A stretch of DNA of 35,465 nucleotides from a virus (IMGVR_UViG_2534681764_000015); one strand, 5' to 3'; positions 27,001 to 35,192 are shown, numbered from the stretch's first letter. Program-made: numbers and translations. Notes: generated from the sequence alone by a model not told the origin.

Positions 27001-27747
27001 GCGATGATTCGTAATGCTGCAATTGGCACAGCCCAGATTAGTGATGCTAGTATCACCACGGCTAAGATCGGCACAGCCCAGATTAACGGCGCTCACATCC
27101 AACACGCACAGATCGGAACAGGTCATATCATTGATGGCTCTATCGATAATGCTAAAATTGGTAACTATATCCAGTCTTATAACTGGAATGGTAACGATGG
27201 ATGGTATATCGGCAAAGATGGCACTTGTCATTTTAGACACGCTAATATTCGTGGTCATTTGGTGGCTGATTCCGGCGAAATGAACAACGTAACGATTAAT
27301 TCAAGTTGCCGCATTTTGGGTATGCTTGATGCTAATCAGGTGCGTGGTGACTTCGTGAAAGTGGTTGGTAGGAGTTTCCCGCATCGCCAACCAAACTGGC
27401 CTGATGGTGCAATCACTGTAAGGGTCGAAGATGATCATCCATTCGATCGCCAAATAGTGATTCCAGCGATTCATCATAACGGGTCTGTTCGTAGTGGCGA
27501 AAGTAGCGATCATTGGGATACTTGCCGACTAATCGTTAAGAAAAATGGTGGTGTTCTATATGATCGCACTGCAACTTCTGGCTGTATGTACAGTGGAGTT
27601 ATTGACATGCCAGCCGGACACGGGGCAGTAACAATGACTTTTGAAGTTTACTGTAAGGGCGTTAACAACTATAACCCAAGTGCATATATCAGCGATCTAA
27701 CGGTAATGGTAACTAAGAAAGCCGCTACTGGTATTTCTGTTTCTTAA
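24001..27747 (+). CDS. central tail fiber / tip attachment protein J-like with gpI-like N-terminus (1248 aa)
   Basis: N-terminal hydrophobic Gly/Ala segment and VLPVLFGTTRTG recall the lambda gpI C-terminus; fibronectin-III-like repeats; C-terminus DDHPFDRQIV...IDMPAGHG...MVTKKAATGISVS recalls the lambda gpJ receptor-binding end. Confidence 0.85.
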   Translation: MGFEILVGAVIAGASAGMAAAATFSVMTAVAIGMAAGAMTLIASTVGAPKTPKVQSPDNAVTLGTSNDPKTVLPVLFGTTRTGAICVYKAISQRENNKLVQIFAIAEGEIDHFKALHIDNKNVLISQNMTIRDGILDKGNIKDEYRKVLEVEFRTGKNPNTALDLAKHHLGADWDDRYQGNGIATMCIVLRRDDKSLAAGVDILQPNSQVAVDVMGLKIRNLETNAIEASTNGVDQIFHYLTNTKYGLSVPIENINVDSFLKVRKQVRQMDLHSNGACDPNASFKENLTSLMQTFGGVMFESFGRITLKLDAPDIVKHTFNEDNIMMGKVSLKTGGTNGYFNTINAMYQEPSIDYSEQMLRYPADAENDATIRQDGRIIAKDIEYRFVKSKAQIDKLASVERNKSRITQVISFMTTDAFTAEVWDVISVTYDELKLNNSLWRITAIDRSIDSGIAGMMTITATEYNSQVYTDLNYAATPDNRPTGLPDSMTVQKPTNFRIKATGETIHGKNVTLTWDAPEDFNRYGFQIDYRVSGSPNWIKLGQTSQQIFNINALAKDRSYDYRVCAFGIIARSEWVELVNQNPTVTYELPTPVIRIKNQGSTPGTFEGNDLIIEWENQQQLDVMINGEANKFSDLFEAYIIKVTNKAGKSIQYRTRDPESWTYTLDMNQFNGLSRELTVEVSVKGYNNSESAPARLVAINPQHKPMKGFSARGGFNTAFVSWADDVEHDYAGSIIQYATDNTFSDARAVTTNSVSHTSFDLADGDYYIRGAHYDIFGMDDAVWSEPYFMQMKSTISWDDQDKEALEDLIGLQDRLDETIADAIAQAGANADAKIDAMHKQITTETGKTVQASADTLKNLIATSEQASATKIDQVKAELKGDITKEVSASATTLKQAIATSEAASASKIDQVRVEMDGKIAGVNQEADVKIDALKGTINSKYNLAVNADGRVAGIHMSATNDPAEPTRIIFTADKIAVAPQDGSEVCPFGIEDNKVYLDNAMIRNAAIGTAQISDASITTAKIGTAQINGAHIQHAQIGTGHIIDGSIDNAKIGNYIQSYNWNGNDGWYIGKDGTCHFRHANIRGHLVADSGEMNNVTINSSCRILGMLDANQVRGDFVKVVGRSFPHRQPNWPDGAITVRVEDDHPFDRQIVIPAIHHNGSVRSGESSDHWDTCRLIVKKNGGVLYDRTATSGCMYSGVIDMPAGHGAVTMTFEVYCKGVNNYNPSAYISDLTVMVTKKAATGISVS

Positions 27748-27852
27748 AATTTAATTCTAATAATTAATCCCGCTTAATTCTTTTGAGTTAGGCGGGATTA
27801 TTTTTATCTAAATAATTCTGCCATTAAATTATATAAAAATATCGGGGGCGTA

Positions 27853-28131
27853 ATGACTGAAATTATATATGGCGGTATCGGTGTTATCGCCTTAATTTGT
27901 GGTGGGCTTTGGAGACTTCACCGAAATCAATTAGCCACAGAAAATAGATTGTCGAAATTGGAATCCAGCGACGCATTGTTAAACCAGAAGTTTGAGACGA
28001 TGCAGAATAACCATACTCAGATTGCTGAACGTGTTTACCAAATGGAACAAACACTACACGGTATAGAGAAGAAAGTGGTTGCGATGGACGCCAAATTTGA
28101 CCAAGTTCTCGACATACTCAAACAAAAATAA
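27853..28131 (+). CDS. membrane-anchored coiled-coil protein (92 aa), possible lysis accessory
   Basis: N-terminal TM helix IIYGGIGVIALICGGLW then coiled coil. Confidence 0.5.
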   Translation: MTEIIYGGIGVIALICGGLWRLHRNQLATENRLSKLESSDALLNQKFETMQNNHTQIAERVYQMEQTLHGIEKKVVAMDAKFDQVLDILKQK

Positions 28132-28149
28132 TAATAAAGGGGTGAATAT

Positions 28150-28320
28150 ATGAAGAATAAACTTAAGAAATATTTTGGTTATCTCTTGATTGTCGCCCTC
28201 ACTTATAACGTAGCTATTAGACCTCTGCTAACGTCCTTTGGGCTTGAACTCCCGGCTATGACCGTGGATGAACAATTGCTAAGGACACTGGCGGGGGTCT
28301 TTTCGTTATTAGGGGGCTAA
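28150..28320 (+). CDS. small membrane protein (56 aa), possible holin-like
   Basis: ATG 28150 with AAAGGGGTGAA RBS; hydrophobic YFGYLLIVALTYNVAI; below ORF-track cutoff. Confidence 0.35.
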   Translation: MKNKLKKYFGYLLIVALTYNVAIRPLLTSFGLELPAMTVDEQLLRTLAGVFSLLGG

Positions 28321-28321
28321 C

Positions 28322-29005
28322 ATGGCAACCAGTACCAATAAACGAAACGCTCTAAGGACAAAGAAAGCGTTACGCCAATGGACTGATAAAGCAACCGATA
28401 CATTCGAAAGGGCGATAGGGGAAGGGGCGATCTTTGCTGCTCGTGCACTCCAGAAGAAGATTAACAAGAATGTTGATAGACCTACTCGATGGACTCAGCA
28501 AGCTGTAGGTAATACCAACTACAAGAACCGATCAGGGACGAGACACCAAATCTTCATCAAGGGCGCAAGGGATAAGGACAAGAAGATCGGCAGTCAGGAT
28601 GACTATCTGAAACACTATTTCGATGGTGGCAAAATCAATAAGCTAGTTCCAATCGCTAACGGCAAGGTCTTAGACGCCCACGGGAACATTAAGGCCATCA
28701 AAGGCGGTAAGATGATGCGTAACCTCGAAAACGGCAACTTCATCAAGGTAGAGAACAAGGAAGGGACTTTTATCATGAAGAAGTACAAGCCTAAGAAATC
28801 CCGAACCAAACGCGCTAGGAATGGATCGGCGGTGGCAAAACGTCGCTTAGAGAAACGCATACAGAAACAGAGCAAGCGAATTGTTGCCGTTAAATCGGAT
28901 AAAATTTCTACTCGTTATTCGACGCTAGGATCGTGGGAAAGCAACGAAGCAATGATGCTTGAAAACATCAATAAGCACATTAAATCGCGCATGAAATACG
29001 TTTAA
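28322..29005 (+). CDS. highly basic hypothetical protein (227 aa)
   Basis: Lys/Arg-rich throughout; start overlaps previous stop. Confidence 0.55.
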   Translation: MATSTNKRNALRTKKALRQWTDKATDTFERAIGEGAIFAARALQKKINKNVDRPTRWTQQAVGNTNYKNRSGTRHQIFIKGARDKDKKIGSQDDYLKHYFDGGKINKLVPIANGKVLDAHGNIKAIKGGKMMRNLENGNFIKVENKEGTFIMKKYKPKKSRTKRARNGSAVAKRRLEKRIQKQSKRIVAVKSDKISTRYSTLGSWESNEAMMLENINKHIKSRMKYV

Positions 29006-29043
29006 TCCATAAATACCCTCATAGAAACTTATGGGGGTATAAC

Positions 29044-29391
29044 ATGGCTAAAAATATTTTCACTGAATTTCCTACTTATCCGGTCGATCAGCTTTCCGGT
29101 ATTTTTATTAATGGCATTAGCCCAGAATCTATGACACATGATTTTGAGGCGAAGAGAGTTAAACATAAACAATATAAAGAATGTATCCGCGATCATGAAA
29201 AAGGGACCGTGTTTTGTGTCGCTACATTGGCTAAACGTCCTAAGTATCGTTTTCGTGTCGGACAAGAAGTTGATGTGGTTAATCCTTATAGCTTTAACTG
29301 TCTGGGCGATGCACGCGCGGTGTGTGTAGGCACAACTAATTACTACATTAAAGGACTCAGATTTACCGGGTATATAATGGAATACATCTAA
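29044..29391 (+). CDS. hypothetical protein (115 aa)
   Basis: GGGGGT RBS and downstream terminator; preferred over antisense ORF 29029..29472. Confidence 0.5.
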   Translation: MAKNIFTEFPTYPVDQLSGIFINGISPESMTHDFEAKRVKHKQYKECIRDHEKGTVFCVATLAKRPKYRFRVGQEVDVVNPYSFNCLGDARAVCVGTTNYYIKGLRFTGYIMEYI

Positions 29392-29405
29392 CTCTAATAA
29401 ATACA

Positions 29406-29431
29406 AGCGACCAATTTCGGTCGCTTTTTTA
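29406..29431 (+). terminator. rho-independent terminator
   Basis: hairpin AGCGACC-AATTTC-GGTCGCT followed by TTTTTT. Confidence 0.6.
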
Positions 29432-29443
29432 TTTGGAGGAATC

Positions 29444-30481
29444 ATGGAGATTTTATTTGCTGAATATATCAACTACACCGGATTTACAAGAAAAACGCCT
29501 CTTGACTATGAACCTATTGCCATTAAACGTTGTGATGAGTTGGGGTACATCTATAACGGTTTTGTTGTGCCGTGGAAAGGGCAACATACACCCGTTTCTA
29601 TAACCTGCAAGAAACATAGCACAACGCGAACAATTGCTTTCAAAACTCTTAAAAAACAAGGTGCGTGTCTTGAATGCTATAAAGAATCATTAAAACTTCC
29701 TAAGAAAAAGAATAGAGATAAGGAAGCTGTATTAGATAAAGCAAGCAATGTGCTGGAACGCAAAGATATGGTTTTAGTTGGATTGTTAGAAGATTATAAA
29801 GGATTAGACACAAAAGTTTCTTATAAGTGCAATTGCTGTGATACTGCATACGAAACCATAATCACTAGAATCATAAACGATGATGCTGGGTGTCGTCATT
29901 GTGGGTCAATTAAGAGAGGAATCAATAAGAGAAAACACACAGACGACGAATGGATGGATCTAATTGAGCATGAATGCAGGAACAAACGACTTGAATTAAT
30001 AGAACAACCTAAATCTCCTATATTGTCAACATCAAAAATACACATCAAATGTGAAAAAGGTCATCTTTCTGATTCTTTGGTAGTTTATGGTTTAGTGTAT
30101 GAAAACTTAGGCTGTCCATGTTGTTCTAAAAATGGTTATAACAGAAGTAAGTCGGGAGTTTTCTACGTTCAACAGGTCGGAGATTATATAAAATATGGAA
30201 TAACAAACCATCTAAACCCACAAAAGCGAGTAACTCAACAAGCTAGGGAATCAGGGTTAAAACACAAGTTATTGTGGTATATAACGTTCGGTGACGGAAA
30301 AGTTGCCAATGACCTAGAGTATTCCGTAAAACATAACATAGGAAATCACGCTGCACCAAAAGAACTAATCCCAGACGGATATACAGAAACATGTGACATA
30401 ACCAAAGAAGCGCAGATTAGAAAAATGGCAATGGATTTTTGTAAAAACTCCAACAACTATAAAATTACATATAGGGGGTAA
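29444..30481 (+). CDS. Cys-rich protein with C-terminal GIY-YIG / T5orf172-like motif, paralog 1 (345 aa)
   Basis: three CxxC-type pairs (CKKH...CLEC, CNCC...CRHCG, CEKGH...CPCC) then GVFYVQQVGDYIKYGIT...RV; homologous to 31247..32245. Confidence 0.6.
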   Translation: MEILFAEYINYTGFTRKTPLDYEPIAIKRCDELGYIYNGFVVPWKGQHTPVSITCKKHSTTRTIAFKTLKKQGACLECYKESLKLPKKKNRDKEAVLDKASNVLERKDMVLVGLLEDYKGLDTKVSYKCNCCDTAYETIITRIINDDAGCRHCGSIKRGINKRKHTDDEWMDLIEHECRNKRLELIEQPKSPILSTSKIHIKCEKGHLSDSLVVYGLVYENLGCPCCSKNGYNRSKSGVFYVQQVGDYIKYGITNHLNPQKRVTQQARESGLKHKLLWYITFGDGKVANDLEYSVKHNIGNHAAPKELIPDGYTETCDITKEAQIRKMAMDFCKNSNNYKITYRG

Positions 30482-30482
30482 T

Positions 30483-30836
30483 ATGTTAAGTAAGCATTTT
30501 TCTCGCAAGGAATTTAAATGTAAATGCGGAAAATGTGATTATGATACAATCGACGCTGAATTACTGGTAATTCTTGAGGATGTACGAGAGCACTTCGGGA
30601 AGCCAGTAATTATTAACAGTGGGAACCGTTGCCCGACTCATAACAAGAATGTAGGCGGGGCAGCCAATAGCTATCACGTTCGAGGCCGCGCGGCTGACAT
30701 TGTTATCAAGGGTGTCTCGCCTGATATTGTTCATGCTTATCTTGATGGGAAATATCCTACTCAATACGGCTTAGGAAAATATAAAACCTTTACGCATATT
30801 GATTCCAGATCAAAAAAATCACGGTGGAATGGATAA
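30483..30836 (+). CDS. endolysin, peptidase M15 (L-alanyl-D-glutamate peptidase / VanY-like) family (117 aa)
   Basis: zinc-site motifs SYHVRGRAADI and FTHIDSR, small size like T5-type endolysins. Confidence 0.75.
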   Translation: MLSKHFSRKEFKCKCGKCDYDTIDAELLVILEDVREHFGKPVIINSGNRCPTHNKNVGGAANSYHVRGRAADIVIKGVSPDIVHAYLDGKYPTQYGLGKYKTFTHIDSRSKKSRWNG

Positions 30837-30840
30837 AACA

Positions 30841-30867
30841 AAAGCGCCTCTGGTGGGCGCTTTTTTG
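30841..30867 (+). terminator. rho-independent terminator
   Basis: hairpin AAGCGCC...GGCGCTT followed by TTTTTTG immediately after endolysin stop. Confidence 0.65.
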
Positions 30868-30981
30868 TTAGAATATGCTGGCGACGTTAGCTATATTTCT
30901 GACCATTTTTTCATTATAGACAAATATACCGCAGATGATAAAGTGGTATTCGACGAAGTTGATCCGTCTCTGGTTGAAGCA

Positions 30982-31200
30982 ATGAAAGAACCTGAGATCG
31001 TCATTGAAGAAACAAAAGAAGAATCTCCAGCAGTTGAACCAGTGGTCGAAGAAGTTAAGTCAGATGTTGAAGAAGCACCGGAAGTTAAAGTAGAATCTCC
31101 GGTAGCCAACATTTTCTCGGACGAAGCAGAGCATCGTTCTCCTGCACATGACACTGATTCATTTTGCGATCTTACTGGTTTCCAAAACTACAATAATTAA
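30982..31200 (+). CDS. acidic hypothetical protein (72 aa), doubtful
   Basis: ORF track 30799..31200 spans the terminator hairpin; first ATG after it is 30982; no clear RBS. Confidence 0.2.
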   Translation: MKEPEIVIEETKEESPAVEPVVEEVKSDVEEAPEVKVESPVANIFSDEAEHRSPAHDTDSFCDLTGFQNYNN

Positions 31201-31246
31201 TTCTTATAAATAGTAGTGAATATTATTTTATTGAGGATTCACTACT

Positions 31247-32245
31247 ATGAATACTACTTTAGCAAAGGATATCGAATTTACCGCAAAAAGCAAACGTGCG
31301 ACCCCTCCGGTCGAATATGAAACCAGAATCATTAAAGTTTGTCAAGTGCATGGATGGTTATACAGTGGTTTTGTGCTTCCTGTAAAGAAACCATTCCAGA
31401 ACACCAAAGTTTGCATAGAAGTTAACGGAAAGGTTAAAACGCCATGTATTAGTCATGTTCTAACTGGTCAGTTTACTGGCAAAGATAGAGTATCACCGCC
31501 TAAGAAGGAGTTTAGATTTACCGAAGAAGAACACTTAGAAAACGCTCGCAAGTTCTACAAGCCGATAGGGTGGGATGTGTTAGGTCTGGCTGAACCTTAT
31601 CAGGGTGTTGACACTAAACTAATTCTTCGTTGTAAGTGCCACGGAAAGATTCACAAGAAAGGTGATTTACACAATAACCGCAGACAAGGCGGGTTAACAT
31701 GCCCTTTGGTTAGGGGGGTACTTAAATCAATTCAGAATGGTAGAAAACAGGTTATCAGAAACAAGTTTGCACAGCGCCCTATGCACTTTTATCTAATTCG
31801 TGTTGGCGAGAAGTTTTTCAAATATGGAATTACCACTCGCAAAGATCCGATGCAACGGGTAAGAGAACACCAGAAGCACACCAGCGAGAAAATCACCTTT
31901 GAATGCTCACATTTGTTTAACATTGGATGGAAAGCTGGTGATTTAGAAATGGGGATTAAAAAGAATATTCAGGGCAAGAAAATCCCACGTAAGGTAATGA
32001 ATAGCGGATTCACAGAAACGCTACCGATTAGCAAGCTGAAAGATGTTAAATCATTCATCAATGAATACATCCACACCAACCCATCTAAGCCAATGTATTT
32101 TGATGATACCAACGCAATCAATCTGAACAACTACATTAGTGATGAAGACATAGAACGAGATTTATCGCAGTGGATGAATGCACCGTTAGCTGATTTAACA
32201 CCGGAAGACTTAGAACTCGATTTAAGCCCTTTAGAGGCTCTTTAA
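31247..32245 (+). CDS. GIY-YIG / T5orf172-like motif protein, paralog 2, Cys-depleted (332 aa)
   Basis: aligns with 29444..30481 at EYETRIIKVC...GFVLP, YQGVDTK, FYLIRVGEKFFKYGIT...QRV, GFTET. Confidence 0.6.
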   Translation: MNTTLAKDIEFTAKSKRATPPVEYETRIIKVCQVHGWLYSGFVLPVKKPFQNTKVCIEVNGKVKTPCISHVLTGQFTGKDRVSPPKKEFRFTEEEHLENARKFYKPIGWDVLGLAEPYQGVDTKLILRCKCHGKIHKKGDLHNNRRQGGLTCPLVRGVLKSIQNGRKQVIRNKFAQRPMHFYLIRVGEKFFKYGITTRKDPMQRVREHQKHTSEKITFECSHLFNIGWKAGDLEMGIKKNIQGKKIPRKVMNSGFTETLPISKLKDVKSFINEYIHTNPSKPMYFDDTNAINLNNYISDEDIERDLSQWMNAPLADLTPEDLELDLSPLEAL

Positions 32246-32257
32246 TACAATTAAATT

Positions 32258-32290
32258 AAAAAGGGGTACGGATGTACCCCTTAACTGTTT
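32258..32290. terminator. bidirectional terminator between convergent genes
   Basis: hairpin AGGGGTAC-GGAT-GTACCCCT flanked by A-run upstream and T-rich downstream. Confidence 0.6.
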
Positions 32291-32318
32291 TAGCTCGTTA
32301 TACGTCGATTTAGGCCGC

Positions 32319-33998
32319 TTAAATTCCAAATTCCTGTAATGGACCTGGTATTTCCTCTTCTGGTTTCCAGTTCTTATCTGTCAGCATGTCTAAACATGGA
32401 TGCAAAACAAGCCCGTTACTCTCCAGAATCTGCCTATCATTGATAGTTTTCAAATCAATGAATATCCGGCCTTTCCTCGTTCCTCTTGAATTTTCTATTA
32501 CAACTCTCTGGGTCTTTCCATCGATGTATTCCAGCACAAACAAGTTTTTATTTCTGTCAATCCTGCTACACCCGATCCGCTTTAGAGCTTGCTTAATCTT
32601 AAACCGGACCTTTAGTCGTTCCTCGTTATAAACATCTTCTAAATCAAATTCTGCGAGCTTCTCCCAGCCTTGAGAGTCCACAGAATACATTTCCTCTTCT
32701 GCCATCTTGATCTGATTGTAGAGTGTTTCACGCTCGCTATTGAGGGTAGTAATCTGATCGGCTAGCTCCTTCGTTGCTCCTGTCATAGCAGAAAGGGCAA
32801 TCAGGTTATCAATCTTGCGTGATATTTCATCAACCTGTACTTTCAACGCCGGAACCGGATTAGCCTTGTCCTCAGCAATCCAGATTTTATCAGCCAGCAA
32901 TTGCAATACAGCTTTCTCTAATTGATCACCTCGAAAACTCCAGTTTGGATGCTCGCAATCAAGTCTACGTGAACGGGTCGCATCACATGTATAACGATAC
33001 TGGTCAGAACGTTTGTTCGTTCCCTTCACTTTAACCATAGCGCAACCGCAATGATCACATTTCAATAGGCCAATACCACTAAGCAGGGGGATCGGTTTAA
33101 CTTCTTCCTTGTCTCCAAAGTTCCATGCTCTAGCACCAATATTTTTCTTAAGGTGATAGAACGTAGCATCATCAATAACACGAGGGTAATAATCCTTTAA
33201 CTCATAGTTAACACCATCTACAGAGACTTCCTTGATACCAATCAAAGCGCGGGTATGGAACAACCTTTCAACCATTGCCCGTGACCATTTTGAATGCTTC
33301 TTATTACTAACCGCTGGTGGCGGTGTATATGTCTCGTTAAGGTGATCCAGTATTTCGGCGGTTGAACGTCCATTCTTCCGTAATTCCACAATCTCCTGAA
33401 CAACAGGGAAGTATGTAGGATGAGGCAACACATAACCGGAAGTGGTATCCGTCCACCACATATTCTTTCCAACTTCCTCGATTGCCACTGCCGGATTCTG
33501 GGGATTTTCTTGATGGGCTTTAATCTTAATCAGTGCGCTTGAGTTAGTACGATTGCGCTTAGTCTGGCTTTCCTCATTACCACGGATGAATAAAAGGATG
33601 GAGAACATCAGGTCCATCGGGTTAGCGGTAACAGTATCCAGCGAGTAGATCTTGTTATCCATGCCAGTAACAATGGTTATCCCCCTACGGATGATTGAAA
33701 GGAATAACTCCTGCGCACTGACAATATCGGCACGGGATAAGCGGTCCAAGTTTTCAATGAATAGCCAGCTACCAACAGGAACGGATCTACCAATTGCATC
33801 AAGGAAACGAGATAGCGCCCCTGTTTTGGAGTTAGCACCCTTAAACGCAGATACACCCAGATCCTGATAATCATTTACCAGTTCAAGGTCATACTTTGCC
33901 GCAACCTCTCTCGCCATCCTGATTTGTCGTTCATAACTCGAACCATCATTCTGACGCATAGACGAGAAGCGAATATACGAATACAGTTTAGTTTTCAT
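32319..33998 (-). CDS. large serine recombinase (integrase-type) (about 559 aa)
   Basis: N-terminal LYSYIRFSSMRQ catalytic-Ser motif of the resolvase/invertase domain, Cys cluster CDHCGC...C...C (zinc ribbon), C-terminal coiled coil; ORF track extends to TTG at 34013. Confidence 0.85.
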   Translation of the reverse strand: MKTKLYSYIRFSSMRQNDGSSYERQIRMAREVAAKYDLELVNDYQDLGVSAFKGANSKTGALSRFLDAIGRSVPVGSWLFIENLDRLSRADIVSAQELFLSIIRRGITIVTGMDNKIYSLDTVTANPMDLMFSILLFIRGNEESQTKRNRTNSSALIKIKAHQENPQNPAVAIEEVGKNMWWTDTTSGYVLPHPTYFPVVQEIVELRKNGRSTAEILDHLNETYTPPPAVSNKKHSKWSRAMVERLFHTRALIGIKEVSVDGVNYELKDYYPRVIDDATFYHLKKNIGARAWNFGDKEEVKPIPLLSGIGLLKCDHCGCAMVKVKGTNKRSDQYRYTCDATRSRRLDCEHPNWSFRGDQLEKAVLQLLADKIWIAEDKANPVPALKVQVDEISRKIDNLIALSAMTGATKELADQITTLNSERETLYNQIKMAEEEMYSVDSQGWEKLAEFDLEDVYNEERLKVRFKIKQALKRIGCSRIDRNKNLFVLEYIDGKTQRVVIENSRGTRKGRIFIDLKTINDRQILESNGLVLHPCLDMLTDKNWKPEEEIPGPLQEFGI

Positions 33999-34010
33999 AC
34001 CATTTCCAAA

Positions 34011-34047
34011 CAAAAACGCCCCTACCGCGTATTATAACGATAGGGGC
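34011..34047 (-). terminator. rho-independent terminator candidate for gene 34062..34481
   Basis: minus-strand hairpin GCCCCTA...TAGGGGC followed by GTTTTTG. Confidence 0.45.
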
Positions 34048-34061
34048 TAGGTGATTAAAGA

Positions 34062-34481
34062 TTAAAGAATTTCACGGCAGCTAATCAGGGAATAAGACGT
34101 ATCACCTTTTTTAACATCAAATATAGGAGAACCATCAATAGAATGCAGATATTTGATGTAGGCTTTACCATCTTCGGAACCATAATATTCTTCTTTCTCG
34201 TTCTTATCTTCTTTCAATTTAGGGCTTTTGATTGTCTTATCATATACCGGATCGTTGAAAGCAAATTGACTATTATCATCATTCACTCGAACCTTTACAC
34301 CGATAAAACCACGGTATTTGCCAGACGGCGCATGATAATAACGGTCGCCATCACTCAGGTAGCGTGTATCATCTCCTTTATATTCGAAGTAGGAATTGCA
34401 CACATAATAGGTATAGGTATTAGCATTCGCAGCACCAACCAAACCCAGAGCAAGAACAACACCCGCGATAATCTTTTTCAT
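34062..34481 (-). CDS. secreted/periplasmic hypothetical protein with signal peptide (139 aa)
   Basis: N-terminal MKKIIAGVVLALGLVGAANA signal peptide; two Cys (possible disulfide); AGAGGAAA RBS. Confidence 0.55.
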   Translation of the reverse strand: MKKIIAGVVLALGLVGAANANTYTYYVCNSYFEYKGDDTRYLSDGDRYYHAPSGKYRGFIGVKVRVNDDNSQFAFNDPVYDKTIKSPKLKEDKNEKEEYYGSEDGKAYIKYLHSIDGSPIFDVKKGDTSYSLISCREIL

Positions 34482-34793
34482 AGTAGAATTTCCTCTTGTT
34501 ATTTGAATTACGATATATTTATATCGTTAAAAGTTGATGCTAATTACCAGACCAAACACAACCGCACCAATCAAATCAATCCAGTTAATACACAATCCGC
34601 TATATTCTTTCTTGAATGTCTTGGATGAAATGCCATCATGAAATTGTTTCATTGCTCACCCCATACTAACGACAAGACAAGAAAGACTAATCATAGTTGT
34701 GAGACTACCTCCCACGAATGAGATAAAAGCTAACATGTTTGATTCTCCAGTTTAAAAAGCGGTGGGAATTGCACCCACCAAATTAGAAATTAA

Positions 34794-35180
34794 TTAAGCG
34801 CGAACGATGGTCAGAGTATCCAGCAAACCTTTTTCGTATAATTCGAAACACGTTTTATATTGCTCAATCTGGAAACCATAGCGGGTGATCTTATTCAGTA
34901 GGACAATCGCGCTATTCTCATCTAGGTATTGTCCTTGCTGTCCAATGACATAAGTCTCGCGGGATAGTTTCAGCTTACGGAAACCTTTAACACCTAATTC
35001 CTTAGCAACCGCTTTAATCTCTTTAATCTCACCCTCAGCCGCAACATATTCAGCGTCGATAATCTCAGGTGATGATCTCAGTGCTACCAGAACTAAGGCC
35101 ATTGCTTCTTCTTCTGTACGCGCAACACCAGCTTTCTCGAAAGTCATCTCACCAAATTTACGAATCATGATATTGAACAT
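34794..35180 (-). CDS. hypothetical protein (128 aa)
   Basis: ORF only. Confidence 0.5.
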   Translation of the reverse strand: MFNIMIRKFGEMTFEKAGVARTEEEAMALVLVALRSSPEIIDAEYVAAEGEIKEIKAVAKELGVKGFRKLKLSRETYVIGQQGQYLDENSAIVLLNKITRYGFQIEQYKTCFELYEKGLLDTLTIVRA

Positions 35181-35192
35181 TGTTTTGCTGCC

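Noticed and set aside
26557-27258. Minus-strand ORFs (128 and 102 aa) inside the J-like gene
   Set aside because: Embedded antisense ORFs with Cys/Ile-rich low-complexity translation inside a clearly coding 1248-aa gene.
29029-29472. 147-aa minus-strand ORF overlapping gene 29044..29391
   Set aside because: The plus-strand ORF has an RBS and a downstream terminator and fits operon direction; the minus ORF crosses that terminator.
30799-30981. N-terminal part of ORF 30799..31200
   Set aside because: This stretch contains the strong terminator hairpin following the endolysin; translation is unlikely to start upstream of it.
32319-34013. Recombinase as a small invertase switching tail fiber cassettes
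   Set aside because: The protein is a large serine recombinase with zinc-ribbon and coiled-coil domains, and no inverted fiber-tip cassettes or flanking inverted repeats were seen near the fiber genes.
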